The translations under genes were made by a program, and so were the position numbers. The notes beneath the pieces are model-generated. The model saw nothing but the letters and a program-made list of their open reading frames with translations, had not been told where the DNA came from and did no database searches. From positions 7,864 to 71,863 of the forward strand of contig JAFZLK010000052.1 of assembly GCA_017551515.1 (NCBI GenBank): 64,000 bases of DNA, read 5' to 3'. This stretch comes from Bacteroidales bacterium (GTDB lineage Bacteria > Bacteroidota > Bacteroidia > Bacteroidales > ML635J-15). Below, piece after piece: positions 18,401 to 27,646 of this stretch; positions within the stretch are counted from its first letter, which is position 1, and every line of letters starts with the position of its first letter.

Positions 18401-18771
18401 GGGTAAGTAACGATAACAAATCCTTTGCGAGTGGCGTTGAGGCGCGAAAGCACTTCGGTCTGCATCACGATGTTGGACTTGTTTTCCTTCATATACTCGA
18501 TAGAACGGCGGAATGCACTTGGGTAGAACATTACCGATTCGTCGCCTAGTATGCTCACAAGGTCGTCGTACGAATACGATGCGCTTTCCTTGTCGGGAAG
18601 TAGTACGCAGATTGTCCCGCCTGTACGGGCGAATGTTGCTGCCACAGCAAACGACTTTGCCGAACCTGCAAGTCCTTTGAGCAACAACTTTTTAGGTTCG
18701 TCTTTTGTCAGCAAGTCCGACAGCAAGTCGAAGTTGGCATTTCGCGAAATTCTTTCAAGCAGGGATTTCAT
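15409..18771 (-). CDS. mfd: Transcription-repair coupling factor Mfd
   Basis: 1,120 aa. It has a UvrB-like N-terminus, a CarD-like domain, Walker A (GDVGFGKTE), a DEEQ box (VVDEEQKFG) and a C-terminal TRG region. Confidence 0.95.
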   Translation of the reverse strand: MKSLLERISRNANFDLLSDLLTKDEPKKLLLKGLAGSAKSFAVAATFARTGGTICVLLPDKESASYSYDDLVSILGDESVMFYPSAFRRSIEYMKENKSNIVMQTEVLSRLNATRKGFVIVTYPEAVMEKVIRTRELTRNTLNISTGDNLSMEKLIDMLNDWNFSRDDFVFEPGSFAVRGSLIDVFSYGAEKPYRIDFDDDIIEKIREFDPETQSSTDKLRKIRIIPNIYDKQTVEDRISFFEFMNRDFSLWIDSPDYVTDSIEKNYKLAETRYAEISEKEILDEETYIINPKSNLIDRKQFEAEANSRTVVEMSSRSFFSATNEIQFATEPQPAFSKQFDLLISNLKQNAENGFDTYILSTNEKQLQRLRDIFTDKGENPDFKGIGASLHEGFVDSDTKTCVYTDHQIFERYHRYTTKSISKPNALTIQDLKTLNPGDYIVHVDNGIGRFVGLQKINHNGRIQEVVTLSYGENDLLYVNIHSLHRISKYRDKDGEPPVIHRLGSGHWKRLKERTKKNIKDIARDLILLYAKRREQKGYAFSPDSYMQVELESSFMYEDTPDQSKTNDLIKADMESEVPMDRLVCGDVGFGKTELAIRAAFKAVVDGKQVAVLVPTTILALQHYQTFSERLKNFPVTVSYISRLKSAKEIRETLADLKSGKIDIIIGTHKLVGKSVEFKDLGLLVVDEEQKFGVSVKEKIKQLKVNIDTLTLTATPIPRTLQFSLMGARDLSVITTPPPNRQPIATELHAFNNDTIRNAIYYEVGRNGQVFFVHNRIQNIYEVQNQIARICPEVKTVVAHGQMGGEELEKIILDFMRGDYDVLISTAIVENGVDIPNANTIIINNANNFGLSDLHQLRGRVGRSNRKAFCYLLTPPLDLLTPDARRRLKAIEEFCELGSGINIALQDLDIRGAGNILGSEQSGFIADIGFETYNKILNEAIDELKETEFHDVFKDEENASKPVVRDCIMETDLDLMIPDYYVSSTSERIKLYRQMDELKDMQELEKFRDMLVDRFGKIPDETEKMFDMVKLRWTAVRLGFQKIAIKNGVFLGYFPQDQKSEYYSSQLFISILQFAQNNPRNLTVKQHNERLIMRLEGISNLSQIVDFMTRMEKEVTSPNS

Positions 18772-18848
18772 TTTTCGAAATTTTTATCTCCAGCCAAAAT
18801 ATTTGGAATAAGAAAGATTCGTTTTGAGTTTTCGATTTTTAATCATTT

Positions 18849-20504
18849 CTACACCTCACTGTCGTAGTCGATTCCCTGTTTTTTCAAAATTCTTTTTACA
18901 TACATTGCAAAGAAAGCCAAGAATGCAAAGCACAGCACCGGAATTACATACGAGTAATGTATTCCGAAGCCATCAGTTGAAGAAAGAGTCTGCATATAGT
19001 CTGCCAGCTTGCCTTGAATTGGTGGGATTACAGCGCCACCAAGAATCATCATCACGAGGAAAGCAGAGCCTTGAGTAGTGTATTTGCCAAGTCCTGCAAG
19101 TGCAAGGTTGAAAATAGATGACCACATTATGGAGCAGAACAAACCGCCAGCCATAATTGTATATACAGAAACCATTCCTTCGGTGCAAATGCCTACAATC
19201 ATCATGCAGACGGCAAGCACTGCGAAAATAAACAAGGTGCGTGCCGGTTTGTTCTTTGTGAAGAAGAATGCTGCAATCTGTATTGCTATTAGTGCAATGT
19301 AGGGGAGGAGAGCCGTTATACTATACTGTGAAATTGCATTTACGCCCAAAACTACGCCGAAAGCAACTAGTGGCACAACTATGGTAAGAATCTTTTTAGT
19401 AGTCGATTTGAAGTCAAATGCGGCAACTGCACCAGTCCAGCGTCCAATCATTAGACTTCCCCAGTACATCGAAATGAAAGGAGCAACCTCGTTGGCAGCA
19501 AAACCTCCAAAATCGGGCTTCTGCAATAGTTCACCAAAGTTACTTACGGTCGAAACTTCAACGCCTACATATACGAATATCGCCAGCATACCGAATACAA
19601 GTTGCGGATATTTCATTGCTCCCCAGCCTTCCGAATTTTTGCCAGCCCTGCTCTTTACGGCAAGCAATGTAGCAAAGACAATGACAAGAGCTGCCAATAG
19701 GAATATCACCCTGAAAATTTCAACATTTTCCATGTCGGCAAAACTTTCTCGGTAGCTCATAAATACGGGTATGAACATTGCAACGAGCAGTATCGTCATC
19801 ACGGACAGGGCAATAAGTGCCTTGCTAGACCTCTCTGTCTTTTCGTTTGATGTGTCGTTTGGCAGTTTCTTTGAGAAGAAGAATATTGCTGCGGCAATCA
19901 GGAACAATATACCTACACCAGCATAAAGTATCTGTGCCTTACTGATTTCGAGGTTGGCAATTTCCTCATCCGTTACTGCTGCCGTAGTGCCGAAAAGCAA
20001 TAGTGCAACAATTATGGGACCGATAGCAGTTCCAAAGGAGTTAAGTCCTCCGCAAAGGTTAATTCGCGAAGCTCCTGTTGCTGGTGGTCCAAGGGTTATA
20101 GCAAAAGGATTTCCAGCTGTCTGTTGCAATGAGAATCCAAGTGCCACAACAAACAAACCGATGAGCATTCCCATGAAACTGTTTGCACCAACAGCAACAA
20201 TCATTGCAGCCGCACCAACAGCCGAGAATAGCAGTCCGAACACTATGGATTTCTTGTAGCCGAACCGTGCTATGAAGTCGTTGCGTCTGACAACTGAATA
20301 TGCGAAAAGTATCAATGCCCCGACGTAGTATGCCAGGTAAAATGCAAAGTCGATGAGCTGGCTTTGGAACTGGTCGAGGTTGAAATAATGCTTACAGAAC
20401 GGAATGAAAATGCTGTTTCCTGCAGCCATGAAGCCCCAGAAGAAGAATACTATTATAAGTATCGACAAGGCTCCGTAGTTGGTTTTTGAATTGTTGTCTG
20501 TCAT
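18849..20504 (-). CDS. MFS sugar:H+ symporter (glucose/galactose-fucose permease-like)
   Basis: It has about 12 or more hydrophobic helices and the N-terminus [22 protein letters not shown], typical of the FucP/GluP family. The ATG at 20504 is preferred over the TTG at 20522. Confidence 0.75.
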   Translation of the reverse strand: MTDNNSKTNYGALSILIIVFFFWGFMAAGNSIFIPFCKHYFNLDQFQSQLIDFAFYLAYYVGALILFAYSVVRRNDFIARFGYKKSIVFGLLFSAVGAAAMIVAVGANSFMGMLIGLFVVALGFSLQQTAGNPFAITLGPPATGASRINLCGGLNSFGTAIGPIIVALLLFGTTAAVTDEEIANLEISKAQILYAGVGILFLIAAAIFFFSKKLPNDTSNEKTERSSKALIALSVMTILLVAMFIPVFMSYRESFADMENVEIFRVIFLLAALVIVFATLLAVKSRAGKNSEGWGAMKYPQLVFGMLAIFVYVGVEVSTVSNFGELLQKPDFGGFAANEVAPFISMYWGSLMIGRWTGAVAAFDFKSTTKKILTIVVPLVAFGVVLGVNAISQYSITALLPYIALIAIQIAAFFFTKNKPARTLFIFAVLAVCMMIVGICTEGMVSVYTIMAGGLFCSIMWSSIFNLALAGLGKYTTQGSAFLVMMILGGAVIPPIQGKLADYMQTLSSTDGFGIHYSYVIPVLCFAFLAFFAMYVKRILKKQGIDYDSEV

Positions 20505-20519
20505 AAATTTATTTTTTTG

Positions 20520-20527
20520 CAAAGTTA
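20520..20527 (-). promoter_or_regulatory. -7 box (TAACTTTG on minus strand) for the MFS gene
   Basis: It lies 15 nt upstream of the ATG at 20504. Confidence 0.45.
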
Positions 20528-20647
20528 TCTTTTACAATGGTTGCAAATTTAAAAAATAAGATTTTTTGTAACAGTATGTATTTGATATTTTTGATTAGAG
20601 CATTACGGAGGCTAAAATTCGAATTTCTGATCGAATTTATGCGACAA

Positions 20648-20684
20648 CAAAAACAGAAAAATTGTAGTCTATTGTCTGTTTTTG
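20648..20684 (-). terminator. Hairpin after lpxA
   Basis: CAAAAACAGA-17 nt-TCTGTTTTTG forms a perfect 10-bp stem 20 nt downstream of the lpxA stop. Confidence 0.5.
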
Positions 20685-20704
20685 AGCTATTTCAAGGGCG
20701 AAAA

Positions 20705-21490
20705 CTATTCTTTTTCGCCTGTTCCCTTGATAATGCCTCGGTTTGAATTGCGGATAAAAAGAACAATTTCATCGCGTTCCTTTGTTGCTGGCAATTCGTT
20801 TTCTATGTATTCAAGTGCCTGAGTTACATTTAGTCCCTTGTTGTAGAGAACTCTATATACATCCTGGATGTTGTTTATCATCTCGTTGGTAAATCCACGA
20901 CGGCGGAGTCCAATTGAATTGACGCCAGAATATGCTAGCGGATTTCTTGCAGCGCGTATGTATGGTGGTACATCTTTTCCAACAAGAGAATTGCCAGCAA
21001 ACATGGTATGTGCACCTATGTGGCAGAACTGATGTACAAGCGTATTTGCACTGAGGATTGCAAAGTCGTCAACAATAACTTCGCCAGCAAGTGTTGCTCC
21101 GTTGACCAATATAACATTGTTTCCTACAACGCAGTCGTGTGCGACATGGCAATAAGCCATTATCAGACAGTTGGAACCAATTATGGTGCGTCCTTTTGCC
21201 AAAGTTCCTCGGCTTACTGTTACACATTCGCGAATCATTGTGTTGTCACCGATTTCGGCAGTGGTCTTTTCTCCTTTGAACTTTAAGTCCTGTGGAATTG
21301 CAGCGATGACAGCTCCCGGAAAAATCTTGCAGTTCTTGCCAATCTTTGCGCCTTCTAATATAGTGGTGTGAGGTCCAATCCATGTTCCTTCTCCTATTTC
21401 GACATTCTTCTCAATGTATGCAAACGGTTCGATTATAACATTTTCAGCGATTTTAGCCGATGGATGAACAAATGCAAGAGGTTGATTCAT
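20705..21490 (-). CDS. lpxA: Acyl-ACP:UDP-GlcNAc O-acyltransferase LpxA
   Basis: 261 aa. It has hexapeptide-repeat left-handed beta-helix sequence plus a C-terminal helical domain. Confidence 0.9.
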   Translation of the reverse strand: MNQPLAFVHPSAKIAENVIIEPFAYIEKNVEIGEGTWIGPHTTILEGAKIGKNCKIFPGAVIAAIPQDLKFKGEKTTAEIGDNTMIRECVTVSRGTLAKGRTIIGSNCLIMAYCHVAHDCVVGNNVILVNGATLAGEVIVDDFAILSANTLVHQFCHIGAHTMFAGNSLVGKDVPPYIRAARNPLAYSGVNSIGLRRRGFTNEMINNIQDVYRVLYNKGLNVTQALEYIENELPATKERDEIVLFIRNSNRGIIKGTGEKE

Positions 21491-21496
21491 GTTAAA

Positions 21497-22402
21497 TTAT
21501 CTTGTTTTAAAATATTGTCTTAGTTGCTTTGAAAACTGTGTGTTGGCGAAATGACCAGGACGGGTGGCTTCTATCCTTGCATTGAACCTGAATCCGCATA
21601 GTGCAAGGTCACCAATTATGTCGAGTAACTTATGCCGTGCTGGCTCGTTGTCAAATTGTAATTTCAGGTTGTTCAATATACCGCCTTCCTGTGCTTTCAT
21701 GCTTTCCTTTCCGCAAAGAGCTGCTATGCGGTCGTATTCGCTTTGTGGTAAAACCTTGTCAACAACAACAATTGCATTGTCAAGGTCGCCACCCTTAATT
21801 AAATTCATCTTGAGTAATGGTTCTATTTCGCTGAGGAATACAAAAGTCCTGCAACTTGCCATTTCGGTCGCAAAATCTGAAATGTCAGTAAGTTCTGCAG
21901 TTTGGGGAGGCATTGCTTTCCCATAGTCAACAAGAACCTTTACTGAATATTTGTCGTCAGGGAGTAGCGTTATTTCCGTTCCGTTTTCGTTGGAATATTT
22001 CAAAGGTTCTTCAATGTTAAGAACCTTTAGGTCGGCATCTTGTTCAACAAGTCCAACCTTTTTGTATTCTTCAACATATAGTCTCGAACTGCCGTCAAGA
22101 ATTGGAATTTCTGGTCCATCAACATGAAATTCGGCATTGTCGATGCCCATAGCGTAGGTTGCTGCCATAAGGTGTTCGATTGTGCTTATGCTAACACCGT
22201 TTTCCTCTAAGGTCGTTCCTCTTGATGTTGCATTTACATTGTCGGCAATAGCCCTGACATGTGGCATTCCTTCCAAGTCAGTCCTTACAAAAATATATCC
22301 ACTATTGGGTTTGGCAGGCTTTACGGTAACAGTTGACATCTTTCCGAGATGCAATCCTGTTCCGCTTAGGCTTATTTCTCCAGCTACAGTCTTCTGCTTC
22401 AT
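21497..22402 (-). CDS. lpxC: UDP-3-O-acyl-GlcNAc deacetylase LpxC (stand-alone, no FabZ domain)
   Basis: The sequence TLEENGVSISTIEHLMAA...HKLLDIIGDLAL..GHF is typical of LpxC. The ATG at 22402 is preferred over the TTG at 22426. The ORF ends 6 nt before lpxA. Confidence 0.9.
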   Translation of the reverse strand: MKQKTVAGEISLSGTGLHLGKMSTVTVKPAKPNSGYIFVRTDLEGMPHVRAIADNVNATSRGTTLEENGVSISTIEHLMAATYAMGIDNAEFHVDGPEIPILDGSSRLYVEEYKKVGLVEQDADLKVLNIEEPLKYSNENGTEITLLPDDKYSVKVLVDYGKAMPPQTAELTDISDFATEMASCRTFVFLSEIEPLLKMNLIKGGDLDNAIVVVDKVLPQSEYDRIAALCGKESMKAQEGGILNNLKLQFDNEPARHKLLDIIGDLALCGFRFNARIEATRPGHFANTQFSKQLRQYFKTR

Positions 22403-22423
22403 TCCAAGTTTTAAAAAATCGTG

Positions 22424-22431
22424 CAAAGTTA
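22424..22431 (-). promoter_or_regulatory. -7 box (TAACTTTG on minus strand) for lpxC-lpxA
   Basis: It lies 21 nt upstream of the ATG at 22402. Confidence 0.45.
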
Positions 22432-22471
22432 GTATTTATTTGCGAATACTAAAAAACTTTTTTCAGGAAGG

Positions 22472-23191
22472 CTATTCCCTGCCCAAGAATTTAAGTGCTT
22501 CGTATGATGCTTTTTGCTCGGCTTCTTTCTTCGTCCAACCTTTGCCTGTTGATACGAACTTATCGTTTATGCAGATTTCTGTAACAAAATGGTATAGTTT
22601 TTCGCATGACTCCATGCTCTCAAAAGTGTCGATTACGAGTGGAAATTTTTCTTTTTGCGAATATTGCAATAGTCGTGACTTGTAATCGCTGTTATGTTTC
22701 ATCAGGTTATCGACATCGAAGAAGCGGATGAAAATATTTCTTACGAATTTTTCACATTCCATATAGCCACGGTCGACGTATATTGCACCGACCAAAGCTT
22801 CGAATGAATTGCCGGATATGTTTTTCTCGTCATTGTTTTTCGATTCCTTGTATTGCATGAACTTTTTTAGTTCAAGTTCAGACGCAACGCGGTTTAGGCT
22901 TTTACGGCTTACAAGCATGGAACGTAGCACTGTTAGTATGCCTTCGGGTGCATTGGGGTATTTTTCGTAAAGCATCGAACTGGCAATCGTGCTTATCACC
23001 GAATCTCCCAAAAATTCTAGGCGTTCGTTGTTGTAACGGATTTCCTTTTGTTTCAAGTTCGCAGAAGCGTGGCGCAAAGCCATCTTATAGTGCATAATTT
23101 CTTTGGGCTTGAAACCAAGAAACCTTTCGAGTTGCTTTTTTAGCTTTTCATCCTTGGGATTTTTCTTCTTGAAAAGAAAGGATAGAAACAT
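22472..23191 (-). CDS. rnc: Ribonuclease III
   Basis: It has the NERLEFLGDSV signature and a C-terminal dsRBD. Its ATG overlaps the fabF stop by 1 nt (TAATG). Confidence 0.9.
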   Translation of the reverse strand: MFLSFLFKKKNPKDEKLKKQLERFLGFKPKEIMHYKMALRHASANLKQKEIRYNNERLEFLGDSVISTIASSMLYEKYPNAPEGILTVLRSMLVSRKSLNRVASELELKKFMQYKESKNNDEKNISGNSFEALVGAIYVDRGYMECEKFVRNIFIRFFDVDNLMKHNSDYKSRLLQYSQKEKFPLVIDTFESMESCEKLYHFVTEICINDKFVSTGKGWTKKEAEQKASYEALKFLGRE

Positions 23192-24441
23192 TATTTGTCC
23201 ATTTTTTTGAAAATGATGGATGTGTTATGTCCGCTGAAACCGAAAGCATTTGACATTGCGTAGTCAACAATACGGTTTTGAGCCTTATGCAGAGTTAGGT
23301 TCAAGTTGCGGTCAATTTTCTCGTCAAATTGCTTGTGGTTTATTGTTGGAGGTACAATGTTCTCGTTTATTGAGAAAATGCAGAACATTGACTCGATTGC
23401 GCCTGCAGCTCCAAGCAGGTGTCCCACTTCCGACTTAGTTGAACTAATATTCAGTTTGTATGCGTGTTCGCCAAAAACTTTCTGGATTGCAATTATTTCT
23501 GGCAAGTCGCCTATGGGTGTTGATGTTGCGTGAGCATTGATATAGTCGATTTTATCGGGGTTGATACCTGCATTTTTCAATGCATTTGTCATTGCAATCA
23601 CGCCGCCAAGTCCTTCGGGATGAGGAGCAGTAATATGGTAGGCGTCGGCAGAAAGGCCAACACCCACTATTTCTGCATAAATTTTAGCACCGCGCTCCAA
23701 TGCATGTTCGTATTCTTCAAGCACTAAGGCGCAGCCACCTTCGCCCATCACAAATCCGTCGCGTGTTGCGCAGAACGGACGTGATGCCGATTGGTATTCG
23801 TCGTTGTTTTTCGAAATAGCCTGCATCGACTGGAATCCTTCCATTCCAACTTCGTTAACCGAAGCCTCGGATCCTCCAGTAACTATCATGTCGGCCATAC
23901 CGAGTCGGATTAGGTTTACAGAATCGATGATGGCATTAGCCGATGAAGCACACGCAGATACTGTATTGTAGTTCGGCCCCATAAGTCCATACCTTATAGA
24001 TATAGTTCCGGCAGCAATGTCGGCAATCATTTTCGGTATGAAGAAAGGGGAGAACCGGGAAACCGCGCTGCCAGCATAATCAAAAATTTCTCCGAAAATG
24101 GTGTTAGATCCACCAATTCCCGATGCCCAGATGACTCCAGCTCTTGTCTTGTCTATGCTGTCAAAATTTATATTGCTGTCCTTTATTGCTTCGTCGGATG
24201 AAATCAGTGCAAACTGGCAGAATCTGTCGAGCTTGCGGAGTTCCTTGCGGTCGAAATAAAGTTCTGGCTTGAAGTTCTTTACTGTGCAGGCAAACTTGGT
24301 TTTTGAAGTAGAGGTGTCGTATGTATCTATAAGCGCAGCACCACTGACACCGTCCTTGACATTTTTCCATGTCTCCCGACTTGTCAGACCAACGGGCGAT
24401 ATTGCGCCCATGCCGGTTACAACAACCCTCTTTAACTCCAT
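23191..24441 (-). CDS. fabF: Beta-ketoacyl-ACP synthase II
   Basis: 416 aa. It has the active-site context ACASSANAI, two His regions (HATSTP, GHLLGAAG) and the C-terminus FGFSGHN. Confidence 0.95.
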   Translation of the reverse strand: MELKRVVVTGMGAISPVGLTSRETWKNVKDGVSGAALIDTYDTSTSKTKFACTVKNFKPELYFDRKELRKLDRFCQFALISSDEAIKDSNINFDSIDKTRAGVIWASGIGGSNTIFGEIFDYAGSAVSRFSPFFIPKMIADIAAGTISIRYGLMGPNYNTVSACASSANAIIDSVNLIRLGMADMIVTGGSEASVNEVGMEGFQSMQAISKNNDEYQSASRPFCATRDGFVMGEGGCALVLEEYEHALERGAKIYAEIVGVGLSADAYHITAPHPEGLGGVIAMTNALKNAGINPDKIDYINAHATSTPIGDLPEIIAIQKVFGEHAYKLNISSTKSEVGHLLGAAGAIESMFCIFSINENIVPPTINHKQFDEKIDRNLNLTLHKAQNRIVDYAMSNAFGFSGHNTSIIFKKMDK

Positions 24442-24444
24442 AAA

Positions 24445-24684
24445 TTATTTTTGCATGTGAGCTTCGATGTAGGCTATTGCAGCTCCTACTGTTGTGAGAT
24501 TTTCAGCCTCTGTATCAGGAATTTCAACGCCAAATTCTTTTTCGAATTCCATTGTCAATTCAACTGTATCCAATGAATCAGCACCCAAATCGGAAATGAA
24601 ACTAGCTTCAGGTGTTACTTCGGCTTCGTCAACGCCTAATTTTTCAACGATAATACTTTTTACTCTAGATGCAATGTCTGACAT
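24445..24684 (-). CDS. acpP: Acyl carrier protein
   Basis: 79 aa with the phosphopantetheine attachment motif [11 protein letters not shown]. Confidence 0.95.
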   Translation of the reverse strand: MSDIASRVKSIIVEKLGVDEAEVTPEASFISDLGADSLDTVELTMEFEKEFGVEIPDTEAENLTTVGAAIAYIEAHMQK

Positions 24685-24839
24685 AAAACATTAATTTTAG
24701 TTAATAAAAATCATTAAAAAAAAATCGGTGCAAAATAACTAAATACATTTCAGATAGTCAAACTTTTTTAATTCTTTTTTGCCATTGCCATTTTTTTTAA
24801 TGTACTTTGCATTGATAATCAAACATAAAGGACACTACT

Positions 24840-25421
24840 ATGGATAAAATTGTAAGAATAGCTTTATTTGCTTCTGGCTCAGGTACTAATGTCGAAAATA
24901 TAGCAAATTATTTTAATAATAAAACTATTGTAAAACCAGTCTGCGTACTCTGCAATAGGCCCGATGCTTTCGTTTTAGAGCGAGCAAAACGTCTCGGACT
25001 CGATTCTATGACATTCAACCGAGCCGATTTTAACGATGGGAAAAATATAATGGAATATCTTCGTAAAAATGAAATTGACATGATCGTTCTCGCAGGTTTT
25101 CTTTGGCTCGTTCCGCAGTACTTGATTGATGCTTATCCAAGTCGAATCGTGAATATACATCCAGCCCTATTGCCAAAGTTTGGCGGAAAGGGAATGTACG
25201 GCATGCATGTACATGAGGCTGTAAAACAAAGCGGAGAAACCGAGACTGGAATTACCATACACCTAATCGATGACAACTACGACAAAGGCAGTACGGTCTT
25301 CCAGGCAAAGGTCGCCATCGACCCGACGGATTCTCCCGACGACATAGCCAATAAGGTTCATGCGCTTGAGTACAAATATTATCCGGAGGTTATAGAGAAG
25401 ATTGCGAAGGGAATTCAATGA
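24840..25421 (+). CDS. purN: Phosphoribosylglycinamide formyltransferase
   Basis: FASGSGTN, NIHPALLPKFGG and a D-containing catalytic region are typical of PurN. Confidence 0.9.
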   Translation: MDKIVRIALFASGSGTNVENIANYFNNKTIVKPVCVLCNRPDAFVLERAKRLGLDSMTFNRADFNDGKNIMEYLRKNEIDMIVLAGFLWLVPQYLIDAYPSRIVNIHPALLPKFGGKGMYGMHVHEAVKQSGETETGITIHLIDDNYDKGSTVFQAKVAIDPTDSPDDIANKVHALEYKYYPEVIEKIAKGIQ

Positions 25422-25545
25422 TTTGTTTATGGTTGTTTAAAATGGTTTGAGTTTGTTTTGGATGATTTGATGATTCGAAAATTTGAAGATTCGAAGAATC
25501 AAAATTCAATCGTAAATCTAAAATCGTAACTCGTAAATTAGTTTT
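25422..25545. repeat. Low-complexity word repeats (GTTTG/GATTTGA then TCGAA / TCGTAAAT units)
   Basis: ggttgtttaaaatggtttgagtttgttttgg resembles 49851-49890. The string caatcgtaaatctaaaatcgtaactcgtaaatta resembles 6296-6322. Confidence 0.5.
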
Positions 25546-25552
25546 ACCTTTG
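25545..25552 (+). promoter_or_regulatory. -7 box (TACCTTTG) upstream of the endonuclease gene
   Basis: It lies 17 nt upstream of the ATG at 25570. Confidence 0.45.
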
Positions 25553-25569
25553 CAAAAAATATTTTACTG

Positions 25570-26634
25570 ATGAGATTTTGGAATAAAGTCCTACTTGTGA
25601 TTGCATGCCTCTGTGCCACAACGACATTTGCGCAGATGCCCAATGACTATTACAATTCCACTCGCGACCTTTGCGGGGAGGAGCTGAGGCAAAAGCTATA
25701 CACCATCATTTCTTCACACACAGCGGTAAGTTACAATGAACTTTGGTCTGCTTATCATCAGACCGACCTTCGCGACAATGGTAAAATATGGGACATATAC
25801 TCCGACTGCGACTTTACATACTCAACCGACCAGTGCGGAAGCTACAGCCGTGAATGTGACTGTTATAACCGCGAACATTCGGTGCCGCAAAGCTGGTTTG
25901 GCGAAGCATCTCCAATGAAAACCGACCTTTTCCATGTGTATCCAACCGACGGTTGGGTAAACAATAAGCGAGGAAATCTGCCACTTGGCGAAGTTTCAAA
26001 TCCTACATATACATCTGGCAACGGTAGCAAGGTAGGTCCATGCTCATATTCAGGTTACACAGGTACGGTTTTCGAACCTGTTGACGAATACAAAGGCGAC
26101 CTCGCGCGTACCTATTTCTATATGAGCGTATGCTACAAAGACAAGAATCTCGGGCAGGATTCAGGATCGATGTTCGAGGGAAGCCAACTGAAACCTTGGG
26201 CGTTGCGTATGCTTATCGAATGGCACTATGCCGACCCTGTGTCGCAAAAAGAAATAGACCGCAATAATGCTGTTTATGCAATCCAACGCAACCGTAATCC
26301 TTTCATCGACTGTCCATACTTTGTTGATGCCATCTGGAACGATCATTGCGATTTCGAATCGTGCTTAAGTCCGCAGGTAGATGTGGAGTCGGAGGATAAT
26401 TCTCCAAAATTCTTTATAGCGCCAAATCCTACAAATGGTATAGTTGAAATATCTTCAGACAGAACAATGACATCTGTGTCGATTTTCAATATTCTTGGTG
26501 AAAAAACTTTATTTTGTAACATAGAAACTAATTTTGCAACGATAAATTTGGAACAGTTGGAGAATGGAATGTACTTTGTGCGCATCGAGTTTTCCGATGA
26601 TAGTTCTGTAACAACAAAGATTATAAAGTATTAG
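25570..26634 (+). CDS. Secreted endonuclease I family nuclease with T9SS type-A CTD
   Basis: It has a signal peptide and the endonuclease-I landmarks YNREHSVPQSWF and NRNPFID. The C-terminus FFIAPNPTNGIVEI..ILGEK..NGMYFVRIEF fits a type-A CTD. Confidence 0.8.
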   Translation: MRFWNKVLLVIACLCATTTFAQMPNDYYNSTRDLCGEELRQKLYTIISSHTAVSYNELWSAYHQTDLRDNGKIWDIYSDCDFTYSTDQCGSYSRECDCYNREHSVPQSWFGEASPMKTDLFHVYPTDGWVNNKRGNLPLGEVSNPTYTSGNGSKVGPCSYSGYTGTVFEPVDEYKGDLARTYFYMSVCYKDKNLGQDSGSMFEGSQLKPWALRMLIEWHYADPVSQKEIDRNNAVYAIQRNRNPFIDCPYFVDAIWNDHCDFESCLSPQVDVESEDNSPKFFIAPNPTNGIVEISSDRTMTSVSIFNILGEKTLFCNIETNFATINLEQLENGMYFVRIEFSDDSSVTTKIIKY

Positions 26635-26635
26635 G

Positions 26636-27583
26636 ATGAAAAATTTTATAGTAAACACGCTAAAGGGCGTGGCTATGGGCGTGGCAAATGTGATTGCAGG
26701 AGTTTCGGGAGGAACAATCGCACTCATAGTTGGCATATTTGAAAGACTTATAAATTCGCTCAAATCGTTCAACTTTATTGCAATAAAACTGCTTTTCACA
26801 GGCAAGTTCAAGGCGTTTGCAAAGCATACTGACTTTGTTTTCCTGTTCGAGGTGTTATTCGGTATAGCCGTGGCAATGATTTCTGTGGCGAAATTGTTCA
26901 AGTACCTGTTCGAGCATTACCCTACATATATATGGGCGCTTTTCTTCGGCTTGTTGATAGCGTCAATCTTTTATGTCGGGAAGACCATCAAGAAATGGAA
27001 TTTGTGGGTAATTGTAGCATTTTTGATAGGAATAGGTGTTTCGCTGCTGATTGCCTTTGGAACCACAGCACAAGAAAATGATAATTTCTTCTACTTGGTG
27101 CTTTGCGGTGCGATAGGTTCAAGCGGAATGATACTGCCCGGAATTTCGGGTTCATACATACTTGTGCTTATGGGCGATTACTCTCTTGTAATCAACGCCA
27201 TCGACATGCTTACAAAAAATCCAATGGAGGCAATGAAAGTAATCGTGCCAGTAATGATTGGTGTGGTTGTCGGAATCATAGCATTCGCCCATGTGCTTGC
27301 TTGGATTTTCAAGCATTACCACGACATGACGATTTCGCTTCTCACAGGTTTTATAGTCGGAAGCCTTCCAATTATATGGCCGTGGAAAATCTATGAGAAC
27401 GGCGCGCTTCCTATGGCAAAAGACAACATCCTACCGGAAATGAACGCAGAATTTTTCATCGCAGTCGCTATTATTATATTAGGTGCAGGATTAATAATTG
27501 TGACAGAAACCATTGCAAATAGGATGAAGTCTAAGAAAGAAGAAACAACAGATGATAATGAACAATTGACAATGGATAATTGA
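26636..27583 (+). CDS. DUF368 family membrane protein (family recently linked to undecaprenyl-phosphate recycling)
   Basis: The N-terminus KGVAMGVANVIAGVSGGTIALIVGIFERL and about 8 TM helices are typical of DUF368. It starts 2 nt after the nuclease stop. Confidence 0.8.
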   Translation: MKNFIVNTLKGVAMGVANVIAGVSGGTIALIVGIFERLINSLKSFNFIAIKLLFTGKFKAFAKHTDFVFLFEVLFGIAVAMISVAKLFKYLFEHYPTYIWALFFGLLIASIFYVGKTIKKWNLWVIVAFLIGIGVSLLIAFGTTAQENDNFFYLVLCGAIGSSGMILPGISGSYILVLMGDYSLVINAIDMLTKNPMEAMKVIVPVMIGVVVGIIAFAHVLAWIFKHYHDMTISLLTGFIVGSLPIIWPWKIYENGALPMAKDNILPEMNAEFFIAVAIIILGAGLIIVTETIANRMKSKKEETTDDNEQLTMDN

Positions 27584-27646
27584 TAATGGACAATTTGTGG
27601 CATCGTTGCGCGCAACGACTCCACTAGAAACAAAAAAATATCTCTC

